A stretch of 64,000 bases of DNA from Candidatus Bruticola sp. (GCA_051874735.1 JBJEGD010000002.1:76334-140333); one strand, 5' to 3'. Positions 9,880-20,049 are shown, numbered from the stretch's first letter. A program made the numbers and translations. The notes: generated by a model from the letters alone, not told the origin.

Positions 9880-12198
9880 TTATTTTTGCCTTCTTTTAAT
9901 AGAATCAGACGGCAGCAAAAGAGGGAATTGCCCCAAAAGAGCTTCCAACTTACTGATATAGTAAGCTGTATTCTCATCGGGATTATCTTTACAATAGAGC
10001 TTCAGCTCCTTGGCATTTTCAAAAATACGCACGTTCTTTTTAGTTCCGGTAATATAATACTGCACCGCTTGGCCAGCTCCGAAGCTATGGGCCGATTTTA
10101 AAGCTACTTCATAGGCGGCAGCCCGATTGCGGCTGCTCTTGGCAATTTTTTTCAAATAATTTTCCAAAGAATCGTTGAGGATTTCCGTTTTACTAAGTAA
10201 GTTGATAGAGATTTCATGATGGCAGATTTTATCTTTTAAGCAGTTAATATAATCGGAAGCCTCGCCTTCACGTCCCTGCAGTACCAAACCTACCACATGC
10301 TGCAAAGCTAAACGCAGGTAAGGTTCACGAGCGCGGGAGCGAAAAGTGGCGCCGCTAAATGAAAATTTCCCTTTTTCATCTAAAAGTACGTAATTCTTAG
10401 TAGTATGCGAGTACATCGAAGGATAAAAGCCGTCTAGTTCTACGTTAATTCCTTCAGGGAGGTTCTCATTTACTAACTGAGCAATACGGCCGCGGTAGTT
10501 TTCAGAATTGTCCTCCTCATTGGGAGGAGCCTGAAAATATACTCCGTCAGTATCATATTCAATAACTCGGCAATTCATCGATGTCAGCTGCTTAATAATG
10601 TCTGATAGAATCTCCCTTCCCAATCCAGTCACTCGGGCAGCCATAGCAAAATCGGCAAAGTTGCCTTGTGAAAAACCTAAATAACCATAAAAAGAATTAA
10701 TCAATATTTTGAAAATACTCTGCAAAGCATCATAAAAACGAACTCGCTCCAGATCAGAATCGGCTCTTTCTCTTTCTAAACGCATCAGCTTTTTAGCTTG
10801 CAGCCTGAAACTCCTCAGCTTGGCCAATAAGTTCAAAAATAAACCCAGCTCATCAGTTTGTGGTCCTAACCTGTAACTTAGCATTATAGACGGGTAAAGA
10901 GACTGCACATCACAGTGGTAAACATTGTGTACTATACCTTCCACTTCCTGACCGGCAGCAGCTCCAGTATACTCGCAAGCCATCGGCTTATCAGGGATAC
11001 TGACGCCGCAGTTTAAATAATGGCGCAAAAACAGACTGTTAATTTTGGTGGCGGTACCGCGCAGAATAGTATTTTGCAGCGAATAGGGAAAAAATTGCGC
11101 CTGCAAGTAGAAAGGATACAACAGCGCACCGCTAACGCGTTCTAAAATTTCACCTCTGAAAGCAGCCTGCTCGGCGTCTGAAGTGAAACTCAAATTTTCT
11201 TCTCCCAGGACTCCTAACGATTGAGCAGTTTCCGCTAATGAAAAAGTTTCCAATTCTCGGAAAGTTACATCGCGCAGACGAGCCAACATAAGCGTATCAA
11301 CTAATTCACGCCCCCACAGCTCCCAATAAATATAATCGTATCGTTTACCAGCGATAGTAGTGTAAGTTTTGCGCCCTTTAGGTTCTTCGTGCACTCCCTT
11401 AGGCAGCTTCCTCGAAGAATTTTGGCCTTTGTTTCCAGGGAAATCGCGGCCTAACATTAGCTTAACCTTACAAGCTTTAGCTCTGGCCTGCAAATAGGGA
11501 AGAATCTCATCGTATAGACCGTGGCCTTCGATAATATCTGGGTTCCAGGCCTTTACCGTAGCAGTAAAATCTTGCAGTAAGGCGGACTCATTTTGACAAT
11601 AATCAGTTAAATTCAAAATTTTTTCTTGACCGCTAGATAAACGCAAGCATATGGAACTTATCGGTTTCTCTGTGAACAGATGCAAATTTTCACAGCCTTC
11701 GCCAGTAACGCATACAGTTATGCCCACACGTAGAGCTTCATTAAAAGGTAAACCGTTAAAAAGACAGAAGCCGACTTTAGTCAAATACAAGTTTGTTAAA
11801 TCGCTGCTAAAAATTTGCGCTGCATTGCCTAAATTTTTTTTAATTTCTTTGCTCAGAAGGGAAAGTTCCTCAAAATTATTGGCAGAAACGATGCTGTTAA
11901 AGTATCCGTTCCCTTGAAGTTTTACACTATCGTAAGACCCGAACTCACTAAATTTTATTACCTCATTCCAATTAGTATAATGAAGCCATAAATAAGGACG
12001 GAAAGGCTCCGCGGTTACCTTAATAGGCTCGCTTTCATACAGAGGATCGTCGAGCTGACGCCGCTGCCAAATGTAAGCTTCACCACCTGCTGACGCAGCG
12101 CACACAACCCGCGAACGCGGATAGGCCCCCCAAAGTTCAGGACAGCTGCCGTCAGTTAGAATGTTCACTGAAGAAATGCGCATCTGATCCGCTTTCAT
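9880..12198 (-). CDS. polB: Family B DNA polymerase (Pol II-like) with degenerate 3'-5' exonuclease domain
   Basis: Motif A DVQSLYPS, motif B KILINSFYGYLG, motif C YDTDG. Confidence 0.9.
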   Translation of the reverse strand: MKADQMRISSVNILTDGSCPELWGAYPRSRVVCAASAGGEAYIWQRRQLDDPLYESEPIKVTAEPFRPYLWLHYTNWNEVIKFSEFGSYDSVKLQGNGYFNSIVSANNFEELSLLSKEIKKNLGNAAQIFSSDLTNLYLTKVGFCLFNGLPFNEALRVGITVCVTGEGCENLHLFTEKPISSICLRLSSGQEKILNLTDYCQNESALLQDFTATVKAWNPDIIEGHGLYDEILPYLQARAKACKVKLMLGRDFPGNKGQNSSRKLPKGVHEEPKGRKTYTTIAGKRYDYIYWELWGRELVDTLMLARLRDVTFRELETFSLAETAQSLGVLGEENLSFTSDAEQAAFRGEILERVSGALLYPFYLQAQFFPYSLQNTILRGTATKINSLFLRHYLNCGVSIPDKPMACEYTGAAAGQEVEGIVHNVYHCDVQSLYPSIMLSYRLGPQTDELGLFLNLLAKLRSFRLQAKKLMRLERERADSDLERVRFYDALQSIFKILINSFYGYLGFSQGNFADFAMAARVTGLGREILSDIIKQLTSMNCRVIEYDTDGVYFQAPPNEEDNSENYRGRIAQLVNENLPEGINVELDGFYPSMYSHTTKNYVLLDEKGKFSFSGATFRSRAREPYLRLALQHVVGLVLQGREGEASDYINCLKDKICHHEISINLLSKTEILNDSLENYLKKIAKSSRNRAAAYEVALKSAHSFGAGQAVQYYITGTKKNVRIFENAKELKLYCKDNPDENTAYYISKLEALLGQFPLLLPSDSIKRRQK

Positions 12199-12523
12199 TT
12201 TTGTACCTCACGTATTAGGCTGCAAATTATTTTGAGTATCCGGACCATAGGACGTCCGAAGGGGAAAGAAACAAAAACTAAGAATAAGCACGGGGTATTC
12301 TATAAAGGAAGGCGATTGCTCCCCCTGCTTGCCGACAATTTGAAGGCTTAAAGAAATTGCGTGTTTTTCTTCTTAACAGGTCCCGGAGTGGATAAAAAAT
12401 TCTTTCTAAAAATTAAATTTGCAAATATTTTTCTGCCAATCTATCCAAATCTCTTTCAGCTCCATATTCCGTCTGTTTTAATTTACATACCTACAAAAGA
12501 ATAAAAGGGAGGTACGCTCCAAC

Positions 12524-13477
12524 ATGTCAAGCACTTCTAAACTTTCTCTTACTCTTTGCAGTGCGGCCTTATTGTTCAGCTTATCCGCTCCAGCTATAGC
12601 TGATCCATCTGATATCAGCGGTATGGCCAATTTAAACCAGAATTCCTTAGTGACGGTGTCCGATGTTAAGGCGAAATCTGAAAAACCGCGCCTGCACATA
12701 TTGCAGGTCAAAGATGACAAAGGAGTAAAATTTCAGCCCATTGAAGTACTGGCTTGGGATATAAATGGCGACAATTCTGTACAAAAAGCCAGCGATTTAG
12801 AAGCCATATGTCAAGTTCCCGGACGTCCCTATCACTTTTATGCTTTTGAAAGCGGTTATTGGAAGGGAGGAGCCGGCAGAGCCTTCGAGTTGGAAATAGG
12901 TCACGATCCATACGTAGGATGGATGGCCAGAGTCGTCAATGTTTTCCATCCTTTTCCTGAACCGGAGGACGGTACCACAGCAGACCACTTACAGATAGAG
13001 GGCTGTGCGGCCCTACAGGATGGTCAACAGAACACTTATATTTTCCTCGGCCTGCGCGGTGACTCAGATCATCCAGGACAATTAGTTGTCAAACGCTTAG
13101 AAGGCGATGTTTTAACTGAAATTGAGCGCAAAGATATCGATCTCCGCTCTTTCTTCAAAGGCGGCCGCAGCTGCTCAGACTTAAACCTGCAGCCTATGGG
13201 CGTAAACAAATTCCGCGTTCTCAGTGTAGGCACGATTGATAAGGGAGACTTAGGCCCCTTCGATTCCGTTATCTGCGAAGTGGGCACTATCGAATTGCAA
13301 AATAAAGGCTATAAACTTTCTATGCACAATAAACCCATAGACAAATACCGCTTCAGCGGCCTGAAAGTTGAGTCTCTTTGCGGTTACTTTGGTGAAAACG
13401 CTAATCTTTGCATAGGAACAGACGACGAAGCTTATCAAGTGGTATTCCGTCCCCTTCCGCGTATAGAATTGAAATAA
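12524..13477 (+). CDS. Secreted beta-propeller protein (phytase-like esterase/DUF3616-like)
   Basis: Sec signal ending APAIA-D; repeated blade motifs DLEAI, QIEGC, CSDL, KVESL and GTDDE; GGAGG RBS. Confidence 0.55.
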   Translation: MSSTSKLSLTLCSAALLFSLSAPAIADPSDISGMANLNQNSLVTVSDVKAKSEKPRLHILQVKDDKGVKFQPIEVLAWDINGDNSVQKASDLEAICQVPGRPYHFYAFESGYWKGGAGRAFELEIGHDPYVGWMARVVNVFHPFPEPEDGTTADHLQIEGCAALQDGQQNTYIFLGLRGDSDHPGQLVVKRLEGDVLTEIERKDIDLRSFFKGGRSCSDLNLQPMGVNKFRVLSVGTIDKGDLGPFDSVICEVGTIELQNKGYKLSMHNKPIDKYRFSGLKVESLCGYFGENANLCIGTDDEAYQVVFRPLPRIELK

Positions 13478-13627
13478 AATCAATAATAGAGTTCTATTTA
13501 CCAGCCCTCAGATGTATAACTCCGAGGGATTTTCTACAGCGGCTTGTATTCAACAAGCACTTTGTTGGAGCGGCCCAAGTGCCGCTCATTTGCTGTTAAT
13601 ATCAGCTAGAAAGGCGATAAACTTCAT

Positions 13628-15265
13628 ATGAAACTGTTCATCGCACAAATAAATCCTACTGTCGGCAACCTCAAAGAAAACAGCTCCAAAATTATGGAGG
13701 CGATCTCCAGAGCTAAAGCGGCCGGAGCGTCGCTAGCCGTTTTCCCTCAAATGGCTCTGACGGGATATCCTCCCCAAGATCTACTTTGTAATACCTCTTT
13801 TATCCAAGCGATCTGCGAATATTCCCGCCAAATAGGTGCTGTTTGCGAAGGCATAAGCGTTATAATCGGCTCGCCTCTCCCCCAGCAAACTGAACAAGAT
13901 CTATCTCTTTACAACGGTTCTCTGTTCTTCACCGGAGAAACTGGCGCTTCGCCCCAACTTCTTAAGTCAACCGTTTTGCGCGATCATTCTTGGTTCAATG
14001 CTTCCAACTATTTTGAAAACGGAGAGGATATACCAGTTATCAAAGATCACCAAAACTTTACAATTATTCTGTCTACAGATGATGAATGCTTAGACGAAGA
14101 TTTTGGCCTTTTTGTTGAAACAACAAAAAAAGATACAGCCAAGCCGATAATGATTGTCAATCTGGCCGCTCGTCCTTTTGAAACAGGTCTGTGGCAACGC
14201 CATATAACTTGTCTGAAGCATCAAGCTCAAAAGTTAGGAGCCTATATTTTAGAGGCCAATTTAATCGGCGGCCAAGATCAAATTATATTAGAGGGTGGAT
14301 CTGTATTAATCTCTCCGCAGGGAGAGCTGATAAATCAGGCGCCACGTTTCCAAGAGTATACAGCCGTTTGGGATACTGACGCAGAGCCATGCCAACAGCC
14401 TGCTTCAGACAACTTATGGAGCGAAGAATCGGAACAGATAGAGGCTATCTGTTTGGGGATGGGCGATTATATGCGCAAAAACGGATTTACCGATGTAGTT
14501 TTAGGCATTTCTGGAGGTATTGACTCCGCTCTGTGCGCGGCCTTAGCAGTGAGAACGTTAGGTTCGGAACATGTCCATGGCATCTATATGCCTAGTTGCT
14601 ACAGCACTGACATCAGTCAAGAAGAGGGAGCCAAACTCTGCCGCAGCCTCAATATAGATCTTCAGCTTCTGCCTATTGAAGGTCCTAGATCGGCTTTTAC
14701 TGAGTTATTAGCGCCTGTATTTGCCGACCGTCCATTCGATATAACTGAAGAGAATATTCAAGCTCGCATCAGAGCCATTTTAGTTATGGCACTTTCTAAT
14801 AAATTTGGGTGGTTGGCTATCTGTACCGGCAACAAAGCTGAAGAAGCTGTAGGTTACTCTACTATGTATGGAGATGGTGCTGGGGGTATAGCTCCCATTA
14901 TGGATCTTTATAAACATCAAGTTAGGGCTCTCTGCCGCTGTTTAAATAAAGATGGAGAAATCATTCCCGATTTAATTATTACCCGTCCACCTTCCGCCGA
15001 ATTGCACGAGGGACAGAAAGATTCCGACAGTCTTCCCGACTACGATATTTTAGACAAACTTCTGCAAGCTTACTTAGAAGAGGGCAAAACTAAAGCGGAA
15101 CTTGTTGCTTCCGGTTTTGCCTCTGAAATGGTGGATAAAGTTGTCCGCCTGACCGAAAGAAGCGAATTCAAACGGCGACAAGGTCCCATTGGTCTTAAGC
15201 TTTCTCCTATGCTGTTAGGTCTCGATCGCTGTATGCCTATTACTAAGGGGATTAACAATCTGTAA
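13628..15265 (+). CDS. nadE: NAD+ synthetase, two-domain type (nitrilase-like plus synthetase)
   Basis: AQINPTVG, LTGYPP, GISGGIDSA, ENIQARIR, TGNK, GYSTMYGD, PSAEL and DSDSLPDY. Confidence 0.95.
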   Translation: MKLFIAQINPTVGNLKENSSKIMEAISRAKAAGASLAVFPQMALTGYPPQDLLCNTSFIQAICEYSRQIGAVCEGISVIIGSPLPQQTEQDLSLYNGSLFFTGETGASPQLLKSTVLRDHSWFNASNYFENGEDIPVIKDHQNFTIILSTDDECLDEDFGLFVETTKKDTAKPIMIVNLAARPFETGLWQRHITCLKHQAQKLGAYILEANLIGGQDQIILEGGSVLISPQGELINQAPRFQEYTAVWDTDAEPCQQPASDNLWSEESEQIEAICLGMGDYMRKNGFTDVVLGISGGIDSALCAALAVRTLGSEHVHGIYMPSCYSTDISQEEGAKLCRSLNIDLQLLPIEGPRSAFTELLAPVFADRPFDITEENIQARIRAILVMALSNKFGWLAICTGNKAEEAVGYSTMYGDGAGGIAPIMDLYKHQVRALCRCLNKDGEIIPDLIITRPPSAELHEGQKDSDSLPDYDILDKLLQAYLEEGKTKAELVASGFASEMVDKVVRLTERSEFKRRQGPIGLKLSPMLLGLDRCMPITKGINNL

Positions 15266-15286
15266 TTTTACTGTGTACTAACATGT

Positions 15287-15330
15287 TAGGCGGGCCGACA
15301 ACTTCAGCAAGTTGCCGGTTCGCTTATTTA
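15287..15330 (+). terminator. Probable terminator after nadE
   Basis: GGCGGGCCGACAACTT...AAGTTGCCGGTTCGCT imperfect stem followed by TATTT. Confidence 0.55.
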
Positions 15331-15400
15331 GTTAAAAGATTTTGTCATAAAACTTTTTTAACTCTTGAATTCAGCAAGTTCATTGTGAGAATATCTTTGT

Positions 15401-16411
15401 ATGGGAATGGAAATTCGCGGTCCTAATTTAGGTACATACGATGCAGGCTATCTGCAAGCTGTCCAACGGGAGATGGCTCGCAGCGTCAAATCCAACATTT
15501 TAAAAGAAGTTGGCGACATCGAAGACCAGGTAGCCTTAGCTCTGCAAGGCAATCTGGAAGACATAGTAACCCTGTCGCCCGAAGCCAAAGCTTATCTAAA
15601 AAAACTGCGCAAAAAGCTTTTAGAGCACAGGGGGCTAGATCTTATAGGTGAGGAAGATGATGAGGAGGAGGCATCTCCAGAGCAAGATTTTAACGGTTTG
15701 CTCAACGATCTTGACTCTTTCCGAAAAAGTAAATCGGAACAAGAAGGGCAGAAAAGTCCCAAAAACTTAATATTCCCTTCAACTATACAACTTTCTGGAT
15801 TTATTCCTCAAGCCCGTCCCCCTGTACGAAGGCGAGTATATTCAGCAGTGCGCGAAAATATCAACCGCATGATTTATTATGCTCCCGACGACAGTTCCCG
15901 CAGCAAAGTCCAAGACGAACTGGAACCGATGGGTTCAAAAATTATCTCGCAGGTTAAGTCTTTTGGAGCTCACATAATTGTTCTCGATCGACGTCAGGCT
16001 TTAACTCAATTAAAAATTAAAGGTATGTATGTTGTAGCTCCATCGGAAAAGACTTTCGACGGCCGCTTCTGGTCAGAAGTCCGTGGCCTTTACGACTCTT
16101 CCCGGCGCCTGCTGGTTATAGGCGAGGAGCAACTGGGACAGCCCAATCACTCGGTAGCCCGCCACGAGTTTGCTCATGCTTACGACAACGCTTTCAGTGA
16201 AGGTCACGGTCGTCGGCTTCCTCTGTCTGTGCAGTTATGGAATCGCTTTCGCCACACGCGCACCGGATTGGTGTCTAATTATGCGGCAACCAATCCAGCC
16301 GAATATTTCGCAGAAACTGTTGAGGCCTTTTTCCAACCATCTCTAAAACCATTAGTTGAACAGCGTGATCCAGAGATGTACGCCTACTTGGAAGATCTTT
16401 TTAATGCTTAA
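15401..16411 (+). CDS. Zinc metallopeptidase with C-terminal anthrax lethal factor/Pro-Pro endopeptidase (ATLF/MtfA)-like domain
   Basis: W-x-x-VRGLY, HEFAH, and SNYAATNPAEYFAE...DPEMYAYL motifs. Confidence 0.8.
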   Translation: MGMEIRGPNLGTYDAGYLQAVQREMARSVKSNILKEVGDIEDQVALALQGNLEDIVTLSPEAKAYLKKLRKKLLEHRGLDLIGEEDDEEEASPEQDFNGLLNDLDSFRKSKSEQEGQKSPKNLIFPSTIQLSGFIPQARPPVRRRVYSAVRENINRMIYYAPDDSSRSKVQDELEPMGSKIISQVKSFGAHIIVLDRRQALTQLKIKGMYVVAPSEKTFDGRFWSEVRGLYDSSRRLLVIGEEQLGQPNHSVARHEFAHAYDNAFSEGHGRRLPLSVQLWNRFRHTRTGLVSNYAATNPAEYFAETVEAFFQPSLKPLVEQRDPEMYAYLEDLFNA

Positions 16412-16539
16412 TAAAGAGTTTTAGAGTGAGAAGGGCTTTGCCATCTAAAAGGAAAAAGCGCTCCTGCCGCTGTAACTACTACTTAAATCGAAAACAAATA
16501 ACAATTTTTACTCATTATGTCAGGATTATTCCAGAGCTT

Positions 16540-19500
16540 ATGAACAGACTCACCCTTACTGCAGCCGTTTCATTACTTTTTCTTGCTCCTCTGTCGGCAG
16601 CTTACGCACAAGAGCCTCAAGTTCATGGCAAGCTATATAATTCCTATACTCGAGCGGTAGCTCAAGCCAACCCTTGGGATAAATACCAAGCTGAACCTGC
16701 TGGCTCAGGCTCTAAATCGGCCCCAGATAATCTGCCTAACAAAGCAGCTAACCAAACTCCATCCTCAAATTCTAGCACCGGTTCGCTTGCCAATCCCTGG
16801 GATAAATATCAAGCGGAGCCCGCTGGACGGCACCTCCCTGCTGCTAAATCATCTTCTCCATCTAAGGCAGCCTCTATGCCAGTTCCAGCTACAGCTGAAG
16901 GTGCTCCACAAATAGAAGACGGGCTTCCTGCGGCTACTGGCGCCAATCCCTGGGATAAGTACACTCCCGCTCCTACCGCCTCTAAAGCAAAAAAGAAAAA
17001 CGTTGCCAAAGTAAAAGAGCGCCCTGAGAAATTAGAGTTAGCTGAACCGCTGCCGATCGGTGAAATTCCCCAAGGAACTCCCGTGCTCAAAAACAATTTA
17101 GCCGTCGGCATCGACAACTACTTTGCTATAGAATATTCGGATCAATTAGTCGGCTATTCACATTACAAAATTAACCGCCTTTTAACCTTAGGTGGTCAAT
17201 CCACTTATGTAATGGATTCGGCGTCTCGCATAAAAATGGGTGTCGATTCTGTACAAGATCTGAAATTTACCGCTAACACCCAAATAGATAAAAAGACTTT
17301 AGCTCCAGCTCTTTTCCTCTGTGTGCAAGGGGAAGCAAAAAGCCAAGAAGCCTTGAGCGTCAACTGCATATATTCCGAAGATTTTATCGCGCAAAACAAC
17401 AATTATATGGGCAAGGAGCAGGGGTATCTGCAAAAATACGCTGATGGGAAGCCTCCGCTGCTCGTCTTTAACAATTTATGGGGGCACCTCGATACTTTCC
17501 CTGAACATTACTGGCTGATGGTTAGAGCGGCTTCTCAAGGAGGAGTTCTTGAGACTTACGATCCCATACTCCAAGGCATAGGCAAAACTATAGTTTATAA
17601 GCCCATTAAGGAGACTTGGAAAGATCGAAACGGTCAAGCTCACACAACTTTTGTCTATAAAATTACAGATGCGTTCTCAGCACCTTTAGCCTACGTGCGT
17701 GTTTATGCTAAAAATTACGAATTAGCTGAGATAAGAGAGATTGGCTCAGGTTTAGTTTTCCGCCGTTCTACTCCCGGTGTCGTGGCTGCAGTAGAAAAGT
17801 CGCCTGGACAGCGCATCAAAGCTAATGCAGAAATATCCAATGTATATTTTCAAGATCCTGATAAGCTCACATATTTGGAGGCTTTCGTTGATCTGCGTCT
17901 GCGCGGAGGAGAATTGGCCCAACATCAAGTTAGGGGCTACAAGCAAAAATTTTACGGCGAAGTCAAAGAAGGGAAAATTAGAGGACGAGCGGTCGTTCAA
18001 AGTGAGATTGAAAATAACGAGCCCGAGGCAAAATTTCCCTTTAATGTCGATGTACCACCTGAGCTTGAAAAGTATCTTCAAGCTTGCCCAGGTATTGAAC
18101 TTGAAGTTACCAGCCTGACTACCAAAGCTAAAGAGATTACTTGGAAATCGGAAAGTGCCTTTCAAGCTGCTCAGCGTCTGAACGGCTACGTATCTAATCA
18201 AATAGGTGAAGGCGTAGCTCTTCCTTCAGCTAGACAGACTTTAGAGAACCAGATAGGTAATCCCGAAGGCAAAGCTCTGCTACTTACGGCCATGCTGCGC
18301 GCTCTGAAAATTCCGGCCCGCATGGTAGGTGGCTTGTCTTATAATAATGGCTCCTTCACTGCCCATCGCTGGGTTGAAGCCTGGCTGGGTCCTAAAGACG
18401 GCTGGATTCCTTTCGATCCTAGCACTAACGAATCAGGTTTTATTAACGCTTCCCATATAACTTTGTGGGAGAGCGGCGATCTGCAAGCTATGGATGTTTA
18501 CGTTGAGAAGTTCTCTCCCCGTCCGGCCCGCACGACCTCGTATTTCAAAACTCCTCTTAAGTGGCCTATAGGTGAGAAACGAACCTACTTTATTTATCAT
18601 CAGGGCAAACTAATTGGTTTAGAAAGTTCCCATATGTACGATATGGAAGTAAACGAAGGAGGAGAAACTTATAACTTTAAGTCTGAATCGGTCATAATTA
18701 GGGAGGATGCCCCCTTAATATTCGAGAGTACTCTAAATTTAAATCAAAACGGATTGCCCGTCTCATTCAGTTCTTCTGAAGATAATGGTCAACGTGTACA
18801 TCACGAAGCTTTTAGTTTCCAGGGCACTAATATAGTCCAAAATTTATCCTTGAAAGATTCCCCATCGCTGCCTAGGCCGGCTAAATCTAAAATGCGGTTA
18901 GAGCGTGAAAAACAAGAAGCTGAACAGGCTACTTCGGCTAGACAAGCAGAAGAGGTTATGGAGAATAATCCACCTGCTCCTGAAACCATTCAAGTAGACA
19001 ACTCTTCAGATTCAGAGGTTGTCCAGTCCTCAACTACCTCAGCGGCAGTGACCAATTCAGCAGTTCAGACTCAGGACAATAATACAGAGAAACTAGCAGA
19101 AGCGGCCTCTGCTGATTCTTCTAAGCCTACCGATCCGACAGAGCAGAAAAACTCTCAATCAAGCTCTGACAAACCTACTGACAACGAAGTTAATAGCAGC
19201 GAAACGGAACAGTTAGGGCAAAGTTTAGGAGAGGCGGCTCAAAATTCTCAGCAAGATATAACAGGATCAGACGACTCTCCGGAGCCAGCTGTTTCTGATG
19301 AGGCAAAAGCTGCAGCAGAAGCTGAAGCCCAAAAACAAGCAGATTTAAAGGCCCGTCAAGCAGCTAAGGAGAAACTTATAGAAGTCAAAGCTTGCTACGA
19401 CGAAGCCAAGCAGACGGAAGCAGCTAAACAGCAAGATAATTCAACTCAAGAAAGCAGCCCTTCCTCTCTTCCAGATGAAGATGCAGAGATAACAACGAGG

Positions 19501-20049
19501 CGGATTCCTTATTCTGTAGGGACCTATCTTGTTGATCCTCGCTTCCTTTCTCAGTGGGCTTTAGTTGTCGAACAGAGTCCTGCAGTAGCTTCTGAGACGT
19601 CATCGGAAGCCTCAAATGACGCATCTGCCTCCCCTTCTATGCCTAACGTTGATCCCAATGTTGGCGTCGTCAGCTCCAGCGAAGTTATTGTTCCGCAAAG
19701 CAGCTCAAATACATCTACCAATCAGTCTTCGGAAGCGGGAACCGCTGTAGGTGAAACTGGAGCCGACACTTTCAGTCAGCCTAACCAAAACGAAGATGAA
19801 AACGATGAAACCTACAGTTTCAAAGCTTTCATTCCCAGCTCTCTAAAAGTGCAAGATCTGACTCTTCAGAGGGCAGACGCTGATGAAACTATAGTGATGC
19901 CCGACGGCACTGAAATAGAGGCGGCTAGACTCGACACAGAGAAAGGTATGCTTTTCTTCATGGATCTAAAAACAGGTAAGGTAGTCAAGATTAGCATTCC
20001 AAGTCAAAATTTGGAAATGTATTTAGAAGATACCCATTTTGAGCTCTAA
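16540..20049 (+). CDS. Large secreted protein with transglutaminase-like domain and low-complexity S/E/Q/A regions
   Basis: Signal peptide MNRLTLTAAVSLLFLAPLSAAYA-Q from ATG 16540; LLLTAMLRALKIPARMVGG...HRWVEAW...WIPFDP. Confidence 0.8.
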   Translation: MNRLTLTAAVSLLFLAPLSAAYAQEPQVHGKLYNSYTRAVAQANPWDKYQAEPAGSGSKSAPDNLPNKAANQTPSSNSSTGSLANPWDKYQAEPAGRHLPAAKSSSPSKAASMPVPATAEGAPQIEDGLPAATGANPWDKYTPAPTASKAKKKNVAKVKERPEKLELAEPLPIGEIPQGTPVLKNNLAVGIDNYFAIEYSDQLVGYSHYKINRLLTLGGQSTYVMDSASRIKMGVDSVQDLKFTANTQIDKKTLAPALFLCVQGEAKSQEALSVNCIYSEDFIAQNNNYMGKEQGYLQKYADGKPPLLVFNNLWGHLDTFPEHYWLMVRAASQGGVLETYDPILQGIGKTIVYKPIKETWKDRNGQAHTTFVYKITDAFSAPLAYVRVYAKNYELAEIREIGSGLVFRRSTPGVVAAVEKSPGQRIKANAEISNVYFQDPDKLTYLEAFVDLRLRGGELAQHQVRGYKQKFYGEVKEGKIRGRAVVQSEIENNEPEAKFPFNVDVPPELEKYLQACPGIELEVTSLTTKAKEITWKSESAFQAAQRLNGYVSNQIGEGVALPSARQTLENQIGNPEGKALLLTAMLRALKIPARMVGGLSYNNGSFTAHRWVEAWLGPKDGWIPFDPSTNESGFINASHITLWESGDLQAMDVYVEKFSPRPARTTSYFKTPLKWPIGEKRTYFIYHQGKLIGLESSHMYDMEVNEGGETYNFKSESVIIREDAPLIFESTLNLNQNGLPVSFSSSEDNGQRVHHEAFSFQGTNIVQNLSLKDSPSLPRPAKSKMRLEREKQEAEQATSARQAEEVMENNPPAPETIQVDNSSDSEVVQSSTTSAAVTNSAVQTQDNNTEKLAEAASADSSKPTDPTEQKNSQSSSDKPTDNEVNSSETEQLGQSLGEAAQNSQQDITGSDDSPEPAVSDEAKAAAEAEAQKQADLKARQAAKEKLIEVKACYDEAKQTEAAKQQDNSTQESSPSSLPDEDAEITTRRIPYSVGTYLVDPRFLSQWALVVEQSPAVASETSSEASNDASASPSMPNVDPNVGVVSSSEVIVPQSSSNTSTNQSSEAGTAVGETGADTFSQPNQNEDENDETYSFKAFIPSSLKVQDLTLQRADADETIVMPDGTEIEAARLDTEKGMLFFMDLKTGKVVKISIPSQNLEMYLEDTHFEL
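16666..16962 (+). repeat. Three dispersed ANPWDKY peptide repeats (two extend to ANPWDKYQAEPAG)
   Basis: Copies start at about 16666, 16789 and 16942; their codons differ synonymously. Confidence 0.85.

Noticed and set aside
9880-12198. PolB as marker of a prophage, pipolin or casposon
   Set aside because: No integrase, phage genes or terminal repeats; the neighbours are housekeeping-type genes.
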